NCBI GenBank assembly: GCA_050485685.1
Contig: JBJHBW010000002.1
Coordinates: 86,680-150,679, forward strand
Direction: 5' to 3'
Length of the DNA stretch: 64,000 nucleotides
Origin: Gammaproteobacteria bacterium
GTDB lineage: Bacteria; Pseudomonadota; Gammaproteobacteria; Steroidobacterales; Rariloculaceae
The translations under genes were made by a program, and so were the position numbers. The notes under the pieces were generated by a model, which was given only the letters and a program-made list of their open reading frames with translations, was not told the DNA's origin and did not search any database. Below are positions 1-9,937 of the stretch, one piece after another; the first letter of the stretch is position 1, and every line of letters begins with the position of its first letter.

Positions 1-2
1 AA

Positions 3-347
3 TTCTGGTTCACCTTCTTCCATGAGGCGGCGCATATTCTTTTGCACGCAAACAGCAAGGAAGAAAAAAAGTCCATTTTTCTCGATGACCCCAATGCCGC
101 GCACACCGAAGACCTGCGTGAGCACGAGGCAAATCAGTGGGCAGGGAATCTTCTGATCCCAGAAGAATATGCCGAGAGGCTGCCGACGCTGGCCTCCCAG
201 GCCGCAATTCTCGCATTCGCCCAGGAAATCGATGTTCACCCCGGCATTGTCGTAGGCCGCTTGCAGCATGATGGGACCCTGCCGTTTGCCACGGTATTAA
301 ACCGACTGAAGCAAAGCTTCCAGTTAAGGACGGCCGAGAATTCCTGA
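3..347 (+). CDS. C-terminal part of HigA-type / ImmA-IrrE metallopeptidase (5' truncated by window edge)
   Basis: Frame from base 3 reads FWFTFFHEAAHILLH (HExxH), then E-x-EANQWAGNLLIP and HPGIVVGRLQ, typical of HTH-IrrE antitoxins. Confidence 0.8.
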   Translation, partial: FWFTFFHEAAHILLHANSKEEKKSIFLDDPNAAHTEDLREHEANQWAGNLLIPEEYAERLPTLASQAAILAFAQEIDVHPGIVVGRLQHDGTLPFATVLNRLKQSFQLRTAENS

Positions 348-348
348 T

Positions 349-1524
349 ATGGCGGCACTAAAGCCCGGTTGGCGTCGTGTGAAGTTCGGCGACGTGGTGC
401 GCCTGTCCAAGGCGCGTTGTGCCGACCCGCTGGCGCAAGGCTTCGAGCGCTTCGTCGGTCTGGAGCATGTTGAGCCGGGCGACCTGCGTATCCGGAGATG
501 GGGCAACGTGGCCGACGGCACCACCTTCACCAACGTGTTCCTGCCTGGGCAGGTGCTGTTCGGCAAGCGCCGCGCCTACCAGCGCAAGGTGGCGGTGGCC
601 GATTTCGCGGGGGTCTGTTCCGGCGATATCTACGTGCTGGAAAGCAAGGATGCAGGCGTGCTGTTGCCCCATCTGCTGCCGTTAATCTGCCAAACTGAAG
701 CGTTTTTCGAGCATGCGGTCGGGACGTCAGCTGGGAGCCTGAGCCCGCGTACCAACTGGACCAATTTGGCGCGATTTGAGTTCGCGTTGCCACCACCGGA
801 GGAGCAGGAGCGAGTTTTCGGCATATTGAGTGCGACCAATGCTGTAAGTGAAAAATTTGACGAACTTCTCGCTGCTACAACAGTGCTCTTTATGTCCTCG
901 CTGGAAGCAGCGCAAGGAGAAGGCAGTTTCCCGCGTAAGCCTATTGGCGAGTTGTGCGAGCTGATTATGGATTTTAGGGGGCGCACGCCCAAGAAGCTCG
1001 GGATGGAATGGAGCGGGGGAGATATACCCGCGCTATCTGCAAACAATGTGCTTCATCGCAGAATCGACCTTCAGAGAGAAACCAATTACGGGTCGTCGGC
1101 ACTCTACGAGAGATGGATGACCCGCGGCGGGTTAGTAGAGGGGGATATTCTATTTACAACTGAAGCACCACTTGGGAATGTTGTCCGGCTTCAAGAAAGT
1201 CGGCGCTACATATTGAGTCAACGCGTGATCGCCATGCGCGCGAAATCTGAGCAGATTAGACCGGACTACTTAGAAGCTGTCCTTTGCAGCAACTTTTTCC
1301 GAAGAGAGCTTGAGCGACTAGCCACGGGAACTACGGCTAAGGGAATTCGGGTGGGGAGCTTGGTAACGATCAAAATTCCTGTCCCGCCTCTCGCGCATCA
1401 GACTGAATGGGCTTCAAGGACTTCCGAGATATCTCAGATCGAGCGCGATGTAGAAGAGCGACGCAAAGAAGCGAAATTGCTGTTGAGCAAGTTGTTGAAT
1501 GAAACGTTGAGCGGGGCTTCGTGA
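349..1524 (+). CDS. hsdS: Type I restriction-modification specificity subunit S
   Basis: 391 aa; GWRRVKFGDV start, two TRD units ending LPPPEEQERV and VPPLAHQ; TGA overlaps hsdR ATG. Confidence 0.9.
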   Translation: MAALKPGWRRVKFGDVVRLSKARCADPLAQGFERFVGLEHVEPGDLRIRRWGNVADGTTFTNVFLPGQVLFGKRRAYQRKVAVADFAGVCSGDIYVLESKDAGVLLPHLLPLICQTEAFFEHAVGTSAGSLSPRTNWTNLARFEFALPPPEEQERVFGILSATNAVSEKFDELLAATTVLFMSSLEAAQGEGSFPRKPIGELCELIMDFRGRTPKKLGMEWSGGDIPALSANNVLHRRIDLQRETNYGSSALYERWMTRGGLVEGDILFTTEAPLGNVVRLQESRRYILSQRVIAMRAKSEQIRPDYLEAVLCSNFFRRELERLATGTTAKGIRVGSLVTIKIPVPPLAHQTEWASRTSEISQIERDVEERRKEAKLLLSKLLNETLSGAS

Positions 1525-4511
1525 TGTTCACTGAGTCAAACACCGTCGAAGCCTACCTCTACGACCTGCTTTCCGGTCCGGAAAAGTCCACTCCAGACAA
1601 TGGCGTGCGGGAACCGAATCCTACTTACGGCCGCAGGCACAAGGGCCTCGGCTGGCACCGCATTTCCAGCGCCGAGATCTCCCGTCAACACCAGGACGTA
1701 CTGGTTGAATCTTGGGTGCGCGAGGCGCTGATCCGCCTCAATCCGGAGCTTGCAGCCCAGCCGGACCGCGCCGATGAGGTGCTCTACAAGCTGCGAGCGA
1801 TCGTGCTGTCGGTGCGCTTCGACGGCTTGGTGCGCGCCAATGAGGAATTCACGGCCTGGCTCAGGGGAGAGCGTTCCATGCCCTTCGGCCAAAACAACGA
1901 GCATGTGCCGGTTCGCCTGATTGACTTCGACAACCTCGATCAGAATCAGTACGTCGTCACCCAGCAGTTCACGTTTCGCGCCGGCAGCGCCGAGCGTCGC
2001 GCCGACATGATCCTCCTTATCAACGGCCTGCCGCTGGTGCTGATCGAGGCCAAGACGCCGACGCGCTCGGCGGTGAGCTGGGTGGATGGCGCGCTGCAGG
2101 TGCATGACGACTATGAGAAGCATGTGCCCGAGCTGTTCGTCTGCAATGTGTTCTCGGTGGCCACCGAAGGCAAGGAGTATCGCTACGGTTCTCTCGGCCT
2201 GCCCATCAAGGATTGGGGGCCGTGGAATCTGGAGGACGATGGTGACGCGCTCAAGCATCCACTGAAAGGCTTGAAACTGGCTGCCGAGAGCATGCTGCGG
2301 CCGCATGTGGTGCTCGACATACTGGCCAACTTCACCCTGTTCGCCACGGACAAGAGGAAGCGCCGCATTAAGATCATCTGCCGCTATCAGCAGTACGAAG
2401 CCGCCAACAAGATCGTCGAGCGGGTGCTGGCCGGTTACCCCAGGAAGGGCCTGATCTGGCATTTTCAGGGTTCCGGAAAGTCGCTCCTGATGGTGTTTGC
2501 GGCGCAGAAGCTGCGCCTGCATCCGCGCTTGAAGAACCCCACGGTGCTGATCGTGGTCGACCGTGTCGATCTCGACACCCAGATCACCGGCACCTTTACT
2601 GGGGCCGATATTCCCAACCTCGAGAAGGCCGACTCCCGCGACAAGCTACGCCAACTGCTGGCGCAGGACGTGCGCAAGATCATCATCACGACGATCTTCA
2701 AGTTCGGCGAGGCCCCGAACAGTGAAAATGGGGGCGTGCTGAACGATCGCAGCAATATCATCACCCTGGTGGACGAGGCGCATCGCACCCAGGAGGGCGA
2801 TCTCGGCCGCAAGATGCGCGATTCCCTGCCTAATGCCTTCCTGTTCGGCCTGACCGGTACGCCGATCAATCGCTTCGATCGAAACACGTTCTACGCCTTC
2901 GGGGCGGAGGAGGATGACCAAGGCTACCTGAGCCGCTACGGCTTCGAGGAGTCGATCCGCGACGGGGCGACGCTGAAGCTGCACTTCGAACCGCGCCTCC
3001 TGGAGCTGCACATCGACAAGGCCGCCATCGACGCCGCCTTCAAGGAGATGACCGGCGGCCTCTCCGACCTCGACCGCGACAACCTCGGCAAGACCGCCGC
3101 CAAGATGGCGGTGCTGGTCAAGACGCCCGAGCGCATCCGGCGCGTGTGCGAGGACATCGTCCAGCACTTCCAGAGCAAGGTGGAGCCGAACGGCTTCAAG
3201 GGCCAGATCGTCACTTTTGACCGCGAATCCTGCCTGCTCTACAAGCAGGAGCTGGACAAGCTGCTGCCGCCCGAATCCTGCGACATCGTCATGACGGTTA
3301 ACGCCAACGAGCCGCAGTACAAGGCCTACGCGCGCTCGCGGGATGAGGAAGAGCGGTTGCTTGACCGCTTCCGCGACCCAAACGACCCGCTCAAACTGAT
3401 TATCGTCACCTCGAAGCTGCTGACCGGCTTCGATGCGCCCATTTTGCAGGCGATGTACCTGGACAAGCCGCTGCGCGACCACACGCTGCTCCAGGCCATC
3501 TGCCGGGTGAACCGCACCTACTCCGATCAGAAGACCCACGGCCTGATCGTGGATTACCTCGGCATCTTCGACGACGTGGCCAAGGCGCTGGAGTTCGACG
3601 ACAAGAGCGTCACGGCGGTGGTATCGAACATCCAGGAGCTCAAGGATCGGCTGCCGGAGGCGATGCAGAAGTGCCTGGCTTTCTTTGCCGGCGTGGATCG
3701 CACGGTCGAGGGCTATGAGGGCCTGATCGCCGCTCAGCAGTGCCTCCCCAACAACGACGTGCGCGACAACTTCGCCGCCGAGTACAGCCTGCTCAACAAG
3801 CTGTGGGAGGCCATCTCGCCCGACTCGATCCTCGGCGAACACGAGAAGGACTACAAGTGGCTGTCGCAGGTGTACCAGTCGGTGCAGCCCTCCAGCGGCC
3901 ACGGCAAGCTGATCTGGCACTCCCTCGGAGCCAAGACCATCGAGCTGATCCACGAGAACGTGCACGTCGATGCCGTGCGCGACGATCTCGACACACTAGT
4001 GCTGGACGCCGATCTGCTGGAGGCGGTGCTTTCGAATCCCGACCCGAAGAAGGCGAAGGAGATCGAAATCAAGGTGGCCCGGCGGCTACGCAAGCACCTC
4101 GGCGACCCCAGGTTCAAGGCGCTCTCGGAACGCCTGGATGCGCTGCGCGACCGCTTCGAGTCCGGCGTGCTCAACAGCGTCGAGTTCCTGAAGCAACTGC
4201 TGCAACTGGCCAAGGAAGTCCTGCAGGCGGAGAAGGAAGTACCGCCGGAAGAGGACGAAGACCGTGGCAAGGCCGCGCTGACCGAGCTGTTTAATGAGGT
4301 CAAGACCGCCGAGACGCCGATCATGGTCGAGCGCGTAGTGGCGGACATCGACGAGATCGTGCGCTTGGTGCGTTTCCCGGGGTGGCAGGACACTCAGGCC
4401 GGAGAACGGGAGATCAAGAAGGCGTTGAGGAGATCTTTATTCAAGTACAAACTGCATGCAGATGAAGAGCTGTTTGAGAAGGCGTACGGGTATATCCGGC
4501 AATACTACTGA
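1524..4511 (+). CDS. hsdR: Type I restriction endonuclease subunit R
   Basis: RADMILLINGLPLVLIEAK nuclease motif, WHFQGSGKS Walker A, DEAHR, LTGTP, LLTGFDAP, QAICRVNR. Confidence 0.95.
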   Translation: MFTESNTVEAYLYDLLSGPEKSTPDNGVREPNPTYGRRHKGLGWHRISSAEISRQHQDVLVESWVREALIRLNPELAAQPDRADEVLYKLRAIVLSVRFDGLVRANEEFTAWLRGERSMPFGQNNEHVPVRLIDFDNLDQNQYVVTQQFTFRAGSAERRADMILLINGLPLVLIEAKTPTRSAVSWVDGALQVHDDYEKHVPELFVCNVFSVATEGKEYRYGSLGLPIKDWGPWNLEDDGDALKHPLKGLKLAAESMLRPHVVLDILANFTLFATDKRKRRIKIICRYQQYEAANKIVERVLAGYPRKGLIWHFQGSGKSLLMVFAAQKLRLHPRLKNPTVLIVVDRVDLDTQITGTFTGADIPNLEKADSRDKLRQLLAQDVRKIIITTIFKFGEAPNSENGGVLNDRSNIITLVDEAHRTQEGDLGRKMRDSLPNAFLFGLTGTPINRFDRNTFYAFGAEEDDQGYLSRYGFEESIRDGATLKLHFEPRLLELHIDKAAIDAAFKEMTGGLSDLDRDNLGKTAAKMAVLVKTPERIRRVCEDIVQHFQSKVEPNGFKGQIVTFDRESCLLYKQELDKLLPPESCDIVMTVNANEPQYKAYARSRDEEERLLDRFRDPNDPLKLIIVTSKLLTGFDAPILQAMYLDKPLRDHTLLQAICRVNRTYSDQKTHGLIVDYLGIFDDVAKALEFDDKSVTAVVSNIQELKDRLPEAMQKCLAFFAGVDRTVEGYEGLIAAQQCLPNNDVRDNFAAEYSLLNKLWEAISPDSILGEHEKDYKWLSQVYQSVQPSSGHGKLIWHSLGAKTIELIHENVHVDAVRDDLDTLVLDADLLEAVLSNPDPKKAKEIEIKVARRLRKHLGDPRFKALSERLDALRDRFESGVLNSVEFLKQLLQLAKEVLQAEKEVPPEEDEDRGKAALTELFNEVKTAETPIMVERVVADIDEIVRLVRFPGWQDTQAGEREIKKALRRSLFKYKLHADEELFEKAYGYIRQYY

Positions 4512-4610
4512 CTGAAACGGATTCGCAAGCCCTTATCGGTTCACGGAAACGGAATTCGGGCAAGAGTTGGACTCGCAAAAAACAGCCTGCAAACAATCGA
4601 CCACTGCCCG

Positions 4611-6845
4611 TTACGTCTCCATCTCGTTCTCGACGGCAGGCAGTTGGACATAGTCGCTGCCCATCATCATCTTGTAATGCCCGTCATGTTCAGACTGCTC
4701 AAATATTCTCTGAAAGACAGAAAGATAGCGGTTGACCTGTCCCGCATCACAGGACATGTAGAGATCATCGTTCGCGAAATGCGAGCCGTCATTGATCCAT
4801 GAGAAGAGGGAGCCACATATCACTTTATCCTGCCCATCAAACTTTTCTATGATGCTCTCCGGTGTGACACCGCCGAAAAATTTGAAGTATTGCTCCAGTA
4901 TGCGACGCATGGCGTTCTGGATAGCGGTGTCAGATGGCGGTTTCTGTTTCACTTCTCGCCACAATAGTTCATAGCTCGACCTGATGGGGTTTTCCTGCGA
5001 CGGCATGAGATCGGAACGGTCAGCGGACTTGCGGATGATCCAAAAGGTTTCGTCATGGAGCGCGTAGGCACCGTTGCGCTTCTTGTTGAAGGTGATTTCC
5101 TTGTGAAAGTAGATGTTGTGGGTCAGTACGAATACCTGCTTTATGGCGCTGCGCGCCTCGCGCATCTCATTCACGATACCTTTGATAAGATTGCAGACTA
5201 TGAACAAGATATCTGCATCAAGGCTCGATACCGGATCATCGAACACGACAATCCGGTCAGCTGTTGCACCGCTTGCCGAAAACGATCCCCCTATCAGGTG
5301 ATAGAAATACAGGAAGGTGATGAAGGATTTTTCGCCTTCACTCAATGTGTCTTTCGCATCTTCCCCGCCGGGACGCTTAACCTCATAGAATCCTTCTTCC
5401 TCGTTTTCTACAAGATGGAAATTTACAAACCCGAAAGACTTTAGAAGTTTGTTGATTGCGTCGATCGTAGGTTTGATGCTCGTAATCCTGCGCTCGTTCT
5501 CCTCGATTTCGGCGTTCTTTGTTTCCCATTCACGTGAGCGCTGTTCGATCTGCGCGTTGAGACTGACCATTGCCGCGTCCAGATCGCTCCTCGCCTGCAT
5601 ATATTTGCCGTAGAGCGATTTCGTGTCTTCGACCAAGCGTCGCCAAATTTGCGCGGATAGCTCCTTCTTGCGGGCACCGAGATTGCTAAGAGTCTCGTTA
5701 TTCACCTTCACCTTGCGATTCGCAGCCTCGATGTGCGCCTCAACCGCCGAGAAAAGTGGTTTGGTATCGCTAAGCGTGATCGTCGTACTAGGTTCCCTTT
5801 TCTTGACTCTTATGCGTTCTATGTTTCCGTTCAACGCTAGACGCAACGTGGCGAGCTCTCTGTCATAGGCATCGCGGTCTAGGAACGTGGAATCCACGAT
5901 CGAAGAAGCGCCATAACTTTCCAGCACAGTCTTCGTCAAGCTCTCATAGGTATCCAAGAGCCGGTCGATTGCAGCGAGATCAGAGACATAGGTTTCGTCG
6001 AAATAGTCTTCGAGGCTCTGACGAAACGCGGCGCCGGTCTTTTGTTGGCAAAAGGGACATTGATTGTCCAACTGGTCAAAGTACTCCCGTCCTTGCTGGA
6101 CCCAGTCGCTGCTGTCGAGTTTCTCGATGAGCGCTGCTATATCGACGTCTTCCTTGCCGATGATCTTCTTGGTCAGAATGTCGGCGGCTTCGAGTGCGAC
6201 GAAGGCCGGCCGGTTCGGCCGCGGAAGGGTTGATGCTTCGGTCAGTGTACCGTCAAATACTGTCGACGCAGCTTCGCGCAACGCACCTATACTCAGTAGT
6301 TCTGCATGATTACTCTCCGCTTCGCGTACATAGCGAGCGCAAAAGTTTCTCCTGTTATTGTTCAGGCCGGAAAAGGCGTCACTCAAATCATCAAGGTTGC
6401 TCTTGGCATTCCAGACATCCTCGACCAGCTTGCTTTCCAGATCGTCGCGTAGTTTCTGTTTTCCCCCGTTCCCATCTTCACCAGAGAGTGTCCTTTTCAA
6501 GCTGGCCAGCTTGTCGCTGATCTCATCGGTATCCGCTTTCAACGATCTGATCGTTTCGGCCACTTCGATATTTCCGCCAAAGGTATAGATACCCTTAATG
6601 GTGCTCGCCGCATCGAAATGCCGTTTGACAAAATCTCGGTTGTAGACGCGCGTTTCTAGAGGATTGCCCGCTTTCCACGTCACCGTGCACTGAGGATAGT
6701 TCTCCGTTTTATCAATTACGCGGGAAATCGTTGTCTTGCCGGAGCCGTTCGGGCCGTAGACAAAATTGAGTGCCTTAAGGCCTTTGAGGCAGGTGCCCTC
6801 AGCGTGGTAAGCCCCTTCATTGGACAGATGAATTTCTTCGATCAT
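4611..6845 (-). CDS. RloC-like (AAA_13) ABC-ATPase with zinc hook and C-terminal HEPN-type domain
   Basis: GPNGSGKTT, coiled coil with CPFCQQ hook, LSEGE signature, DDPVSSLD, LTHN, NAMRRILE and WINDGSH; lower GC than flanks. Confidence 0.8.
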   Translation of the reverse strand: MIEEIHLSNEGAYHAEGTCLKGLKALNFVYGPNGSGKTTISRVIDKTENYPQCTVTWKAGNPLETRVYNRDFVKRHFDAASTIKGIYTFGGNIEVAETIRSLKADTDEISDKLASLKRTLSGEDGNGGKQKLRDDLESKLVEDVWNAKSNLDDLSDAFSGLNNNRRNFCARYVREAESNHAELLSIGALREAASTVFDGTLTEASTLPRPNRPAFVALEAADILTKKIIGKEDVDIAALIEKLDSSDWVQQGREYFDQLDNQCPFCQQKTGAAFRQSLEDYFDETYVSDLAAIDRLLDTYESLTKTVLESYGASSIVDSTFLDRDAYDRELATLRLALNGNIERIRVKKREPSTTITLSDTKPLFSAVEAHIEAANRKVKVNNETLSNLGARKKELSAQIWRRLVEDTKSLYGKYMQARSDLDAAMVSLNAQIEQRSREWETKNAEIEENERRITSIKPTIDAINKLLKSFGFVNFHLVENEEEGFYEVKRPGGEDAKDTLSEGEKSFITFLYFYHLIGGSFSASGATADRIVVFDDPVSSLDADILFIVCNLIKGIVNEMREARSAIKQVFVLTHNIYFHKEITFNKKRNGAYALHDETFWIIRKSADRSDLMPSQENPIRSSYELLWREVKQKPPSDTAIQNAMRRILEQYFKFFGGVTPESIIEKFDGQDKVICGSLFSWINDGSHFANDDLYMSCDAGQVNRYLSVFQRIFEQSEHDGHYKMMMGSDYVQLPAVENEMET

Positions 6846-6933
6846 GTCATTTGCCCCCGCGACGTATTGTTACCGTGCCATCATTCCGCAAGACATTGCA
6901 ATAGGTGAGATATGGTTACTGGTGGATCAAGAC

Positions 6934-8415
6934 GCGGTGGAGATCCGCGAACGCCTCGCGGCGCTGATCGGCGAGGACGCCCGACGCATCACCGTGCTCA
7001 CCTGCCATGCGATGGCGATGCGCCTGACCGGACATTGCTTCACCGGCAAGCGTCTCGCGCTTGACGAGGAATCCTTCCGCGACATCATCCGCCAGGCCGC
7101 CGCGCTGGTGCGCGGTGAAGGCCTCGCGCCCGACGAAGCCGACGCGCAGCGCGAGCGCCTGCTCGAAGGCTACCGCTGGATACTCGTGGACGAGTATCAG
7201 GACATCGAGGCCGAGCAGTACGAACTGATCGCCGCGCTCGCCGGCCGCACGCGCGCCGACGAGGACGGGCGACTCAGCCTGTTCGCGGTCGGCGACGACG
7301 ATCAGAACATCTATTCGTTCGCCGGCGCGTCGGTGGCGTACATCCGCCGCTTCGAAGAGGACTACACCGCGAAACCCGCCTGGCTCACGGACAACTACCG
7401 CTCCACGCGCCACATCATCGACACCGCGAACCGCATCATCGAGCCCGCGCACAACCGGATGAAGGAACGCCATCCGATCCGGATCGACCGGCGACGCGAG
7501 GCGGATCCGCCCGGCGCTGTGCTCGCGAAGCTCGATCCGGTGGCGGCGCAGCCGGACGGGATCCACTGGGCCGTGCTGCGCGATGCGCTCGAGGACTACG
7601 CGCTCGAGACCGGCGGCACCGAACAGCCGCGCGAGCGATTCATCGAGTGGCTCGTGGAATGGTGCCGCGACGCGCGCCGCCGCCAGCGCGGCCTGCTGCT
7701 CGTGACCGCGCACAGCGCGAAGGGGCTTCAGTTCGATCACGTCGGGGTACTCGACGGCGACTGGATGCGGTATGGCAAGGGGGAGGATCCGGATGCACCG
7801 CGGCGGCTTTACTACGTGGCGATGACGCGTGCGCGGCAGTCGCTGTTGCTGGCGCGCGGGCATGGCCGTGACGGGGATCTGCGCGGCGGCAGCAGGCGAG
7901 GCAACGTGCGGCGGCATCTGCTCGATGAGCTTCAGCCGGGGCCGGCGGTGGTGTTCAGGGAGGCGGTGGAGGTCGGTGAGGTTGCGCCGGAGCTTCGGCG
8001 CGTGCGGCGGCGGTTGGGGCAGGGCTTAGTGGACCTCGGGTTTGCCGGGCGCTACGGGCAGAGCCGGCCGGTGCATGCGGATATCGCTGGTCTGGCTACG
8101 GGCGACGGGCTCACGCTGCGTGATGAAGATGGTCGGTGGGAACTGCATGATGCTGCGGGCAATCTCGTTGGTCGGCTCGCGAAGGCGTTCGCGATGCCCG
8201 CCGGGATGCGGTGTATCGAGGCGAGTGTCGCGGCCGTGATCGTGAGGTCGGGGGAGGATTCGCCGCCGGAGTATCGCGAGCAGGTTCGGTGCGCGCGATG
8301 GGAAGTGGTGATGCCGGAGCTGTTGCTGGAGCCGGTGCAGGGGGCGGTCGACTATGAGCGGCGGCGTGGGGTGTCGCGCGCGGTGCATGGGGAGCGGTGG
8401 GTGGCGGATCGGTAG
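6934..8415 (+). pseudogene. N-terminally truncated UvrD/REP (SF1) helicase, probably remnant of a RecQ-UvrD fusion
   Basis: Has LVDEYQD, VGDDDQNIYSF, NYRST, TAHSAKGLQFD and RRLYYVAMTRAR but no Walker A; the ORF start 6844 lies in AT-richer non-homologous sequence. Confidence 0.7.
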
Positions 8416-8578
8416 CTGATTAACCAGTCGGTCACGAGCTTCGAACGGCTGCTCGTTCCCGGAACCACCTTTCGCCGTATCTCGTCGATTCGATGAGTTT
8501 CCGCGGCTGCGTGAGCAGGGCTTCGCACGTTACGTTGGCTGGCAGAAGGTAGTCGCAACGGAATGCCGCCACCTGCCG

Positions 8579-9496
8579 ATGAGTCATGACCAGAACTTCA
8601 AGAACCTGATTCTGGACTATCCGCGCGAGGCGCTGGCCTTCTTCGCAGCCGAAGAAGCGGCGGACTTCGGCGAGGATGTCCGCATCACACCGCTGCGGCA
8701 GGAGCAGCTGAAGGAGCGACTGGGTGAGCGCTTCCGCGAGCTCGACGTGCCCTTGCTCGTGGAGTGGCCGGACGGCCGGCGAGAAGCGTTGCTGTTCGTG
8801 ATCGAGCACGAGTCGCAGACGCGCAGGTTCGAGATTCAACGGCTTGTGCACTACTGCGTCGATCTGGCTGTGTTGTGCAACACGGATCGCGTTGTGCCGG
8901 TGGTGATATTCCTCGATCGGGGATCCGCGCCGACGTCATGGTCCCTGGGCGGCGACCGGCACACGTTTCTGCAGTTCGAGTACCTGGCCTGCCGCCTGGC
9001 TGACATTCCGTATCGGTTGCATCGCGACAGCGAGAATCTGGTAGCGCGGGTCAACCTTCCGAACATGGCCTGGCAAGGCGTCGAGGAGAAGGTCGACGCC
9101 TACGCGCAGGCCGTTCGGGGACTACTCGCACTCGAACCAGACTTCGAACGCCGCGCCAAGTACGTGGAGTTCGTCGACATCTACGGAGGGCTTGATGATA
9201 ATGAACGCAGGCTCTTCGAGCGGCAGTATCCGCAGGAGGATGAGCAGATGGCAGGGGTGGTAGAACGCGCTCGGCAGGAGGGGCGGCAGGAAGGCCGACT
9301 GGAAGGGCGCCATGAAGGCCGTCAGGAGGGTGTGCGTGACGGTGAGGCCCTTCTGCTGCATCGTCAATTGCGCCAGCGCTTCGGCAATCTGCCCGACTGG
9401 GTATGGCCGCGTCTCCAGCAGGCCGATACGGCGCAGCTCGAGCAATGGGGTGAGCGGGTTCTGAGCGCCGACAGTCTGGCGGCGGTGTTCGGCTGA
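8579..9496 (+). CDS. Rpn-family PD-(D/E)XK nuclease with DUF4351 C-terminus, copy 1
   Basis: HDQNFKNLI start, RELD...IEHES catalytic region, (R-x-E-G)n linker, LRQRFG..LEQWGERVLSA tail. Confidence 0.85.
   Translation: MSHDQNFKNLILDYPREALAFFAAEEAADFGEDVRITPLRQEQLKERLGERFRELDVPLLVEWPDGRREALLFVIEHESQTRRFEIQRLVHYCVDLAVLCNTDRVVPVVIFLDRGSAPTSWSLGGDRHTFLQFEYLACRLADIPYRLHRDSENLVARVNLPNMAWQGVEEKVDAYAQAVRGLLALEPDFERRAKYVEFVDIYGGLDDNERRLFERQYPQEDEQMAGVVERARQEGRQEGRLEGRHEGRQEGVRDGEALLLHRQLRQRFGNLPDWVWPRLQQADTAQLEQWGERVLSADSLAAVFG
9248..9496 (+). CDS. Putative internally initiated small Rpn C-terminal protein (RpnS-like antitoxin), 82 aa
   Basis: AGGAGG at 9234-9239, in-frame ATG at 9248 just before the EGRQ repeats. 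Confidence 0.6.
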   Translation: MAGVVERARQEGRQEGRLEGRHEGRQEGVRDGEALLLHRQLRQRFGNLPDWVWPRLQQADTAQLEQWGERVLSADSLAAVFG

Positions 9497-9508
9497 GGAG
9501 TAGTCGCC

Positions 9509-9937
9509 ATGAGATGCTTTGTCTACCCCGCCCGCCTCACACGCGATCGAACCGACGGCGGCTACGTCGTCACGTTTCGCGACATCCCGGAAGCCATCAC
9601 CCAAAGCGAAACCCGAAAGCAGGGGATCGTCGAAGCTGCCGGCGCCGTACAGGCAGCGATCGAAGGACGCATCATGGACGATCTGGACATACCGCCAGCA
9701 TCCGCCCCCCGCAGAGGCGAGTGCTTGATTGCCGTGCCCATACAGACGGCTCTGAAGGCCGCCCTGTATCTGGAACTGAAGGAATCCGGCGTGAGCCGGA
9801 CGGAGCTCGCACGCCGGCTCGCGATCGACGAGAAGGAAGCACGCCGAATGCTGGATCCTCGTCACCCGAGCAAAGCTGACAGGCTCGAGCGCGCGCTCGC
9901 AGCGCTTGGCCGGCAGGCGGAGGTGCGGGTGAGTTAG
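9509..9937 (+). CDS. hicB: HicB-family antitoxin with C-terminal HTH
   Basis: YPARL..DGGYVVTFRDIPEAITQ, then SRTELARRL..KEARRMLD HTH; SD GAGGAG upstream. Confidence 0.85.
   Translation: MRCFVYPARLTRDRTDGGYVVTFRDIPEAITQSETRKQGIVEAAGAVQAAIEGRIMDDLDIPPASAPRRGECLIAVPIQTALKAALYLELKESGVSRTELARRLAIDEKEARRMLDPRHPSKADRLERALAALGRQAEVRVS

Noticed and set aside
4512-4610. Short repeat GAAACGG(A)ATTCG between hsdR and the RloC-like gene
   Set aside because: Only two imperfect copies; insufficient to call an att site
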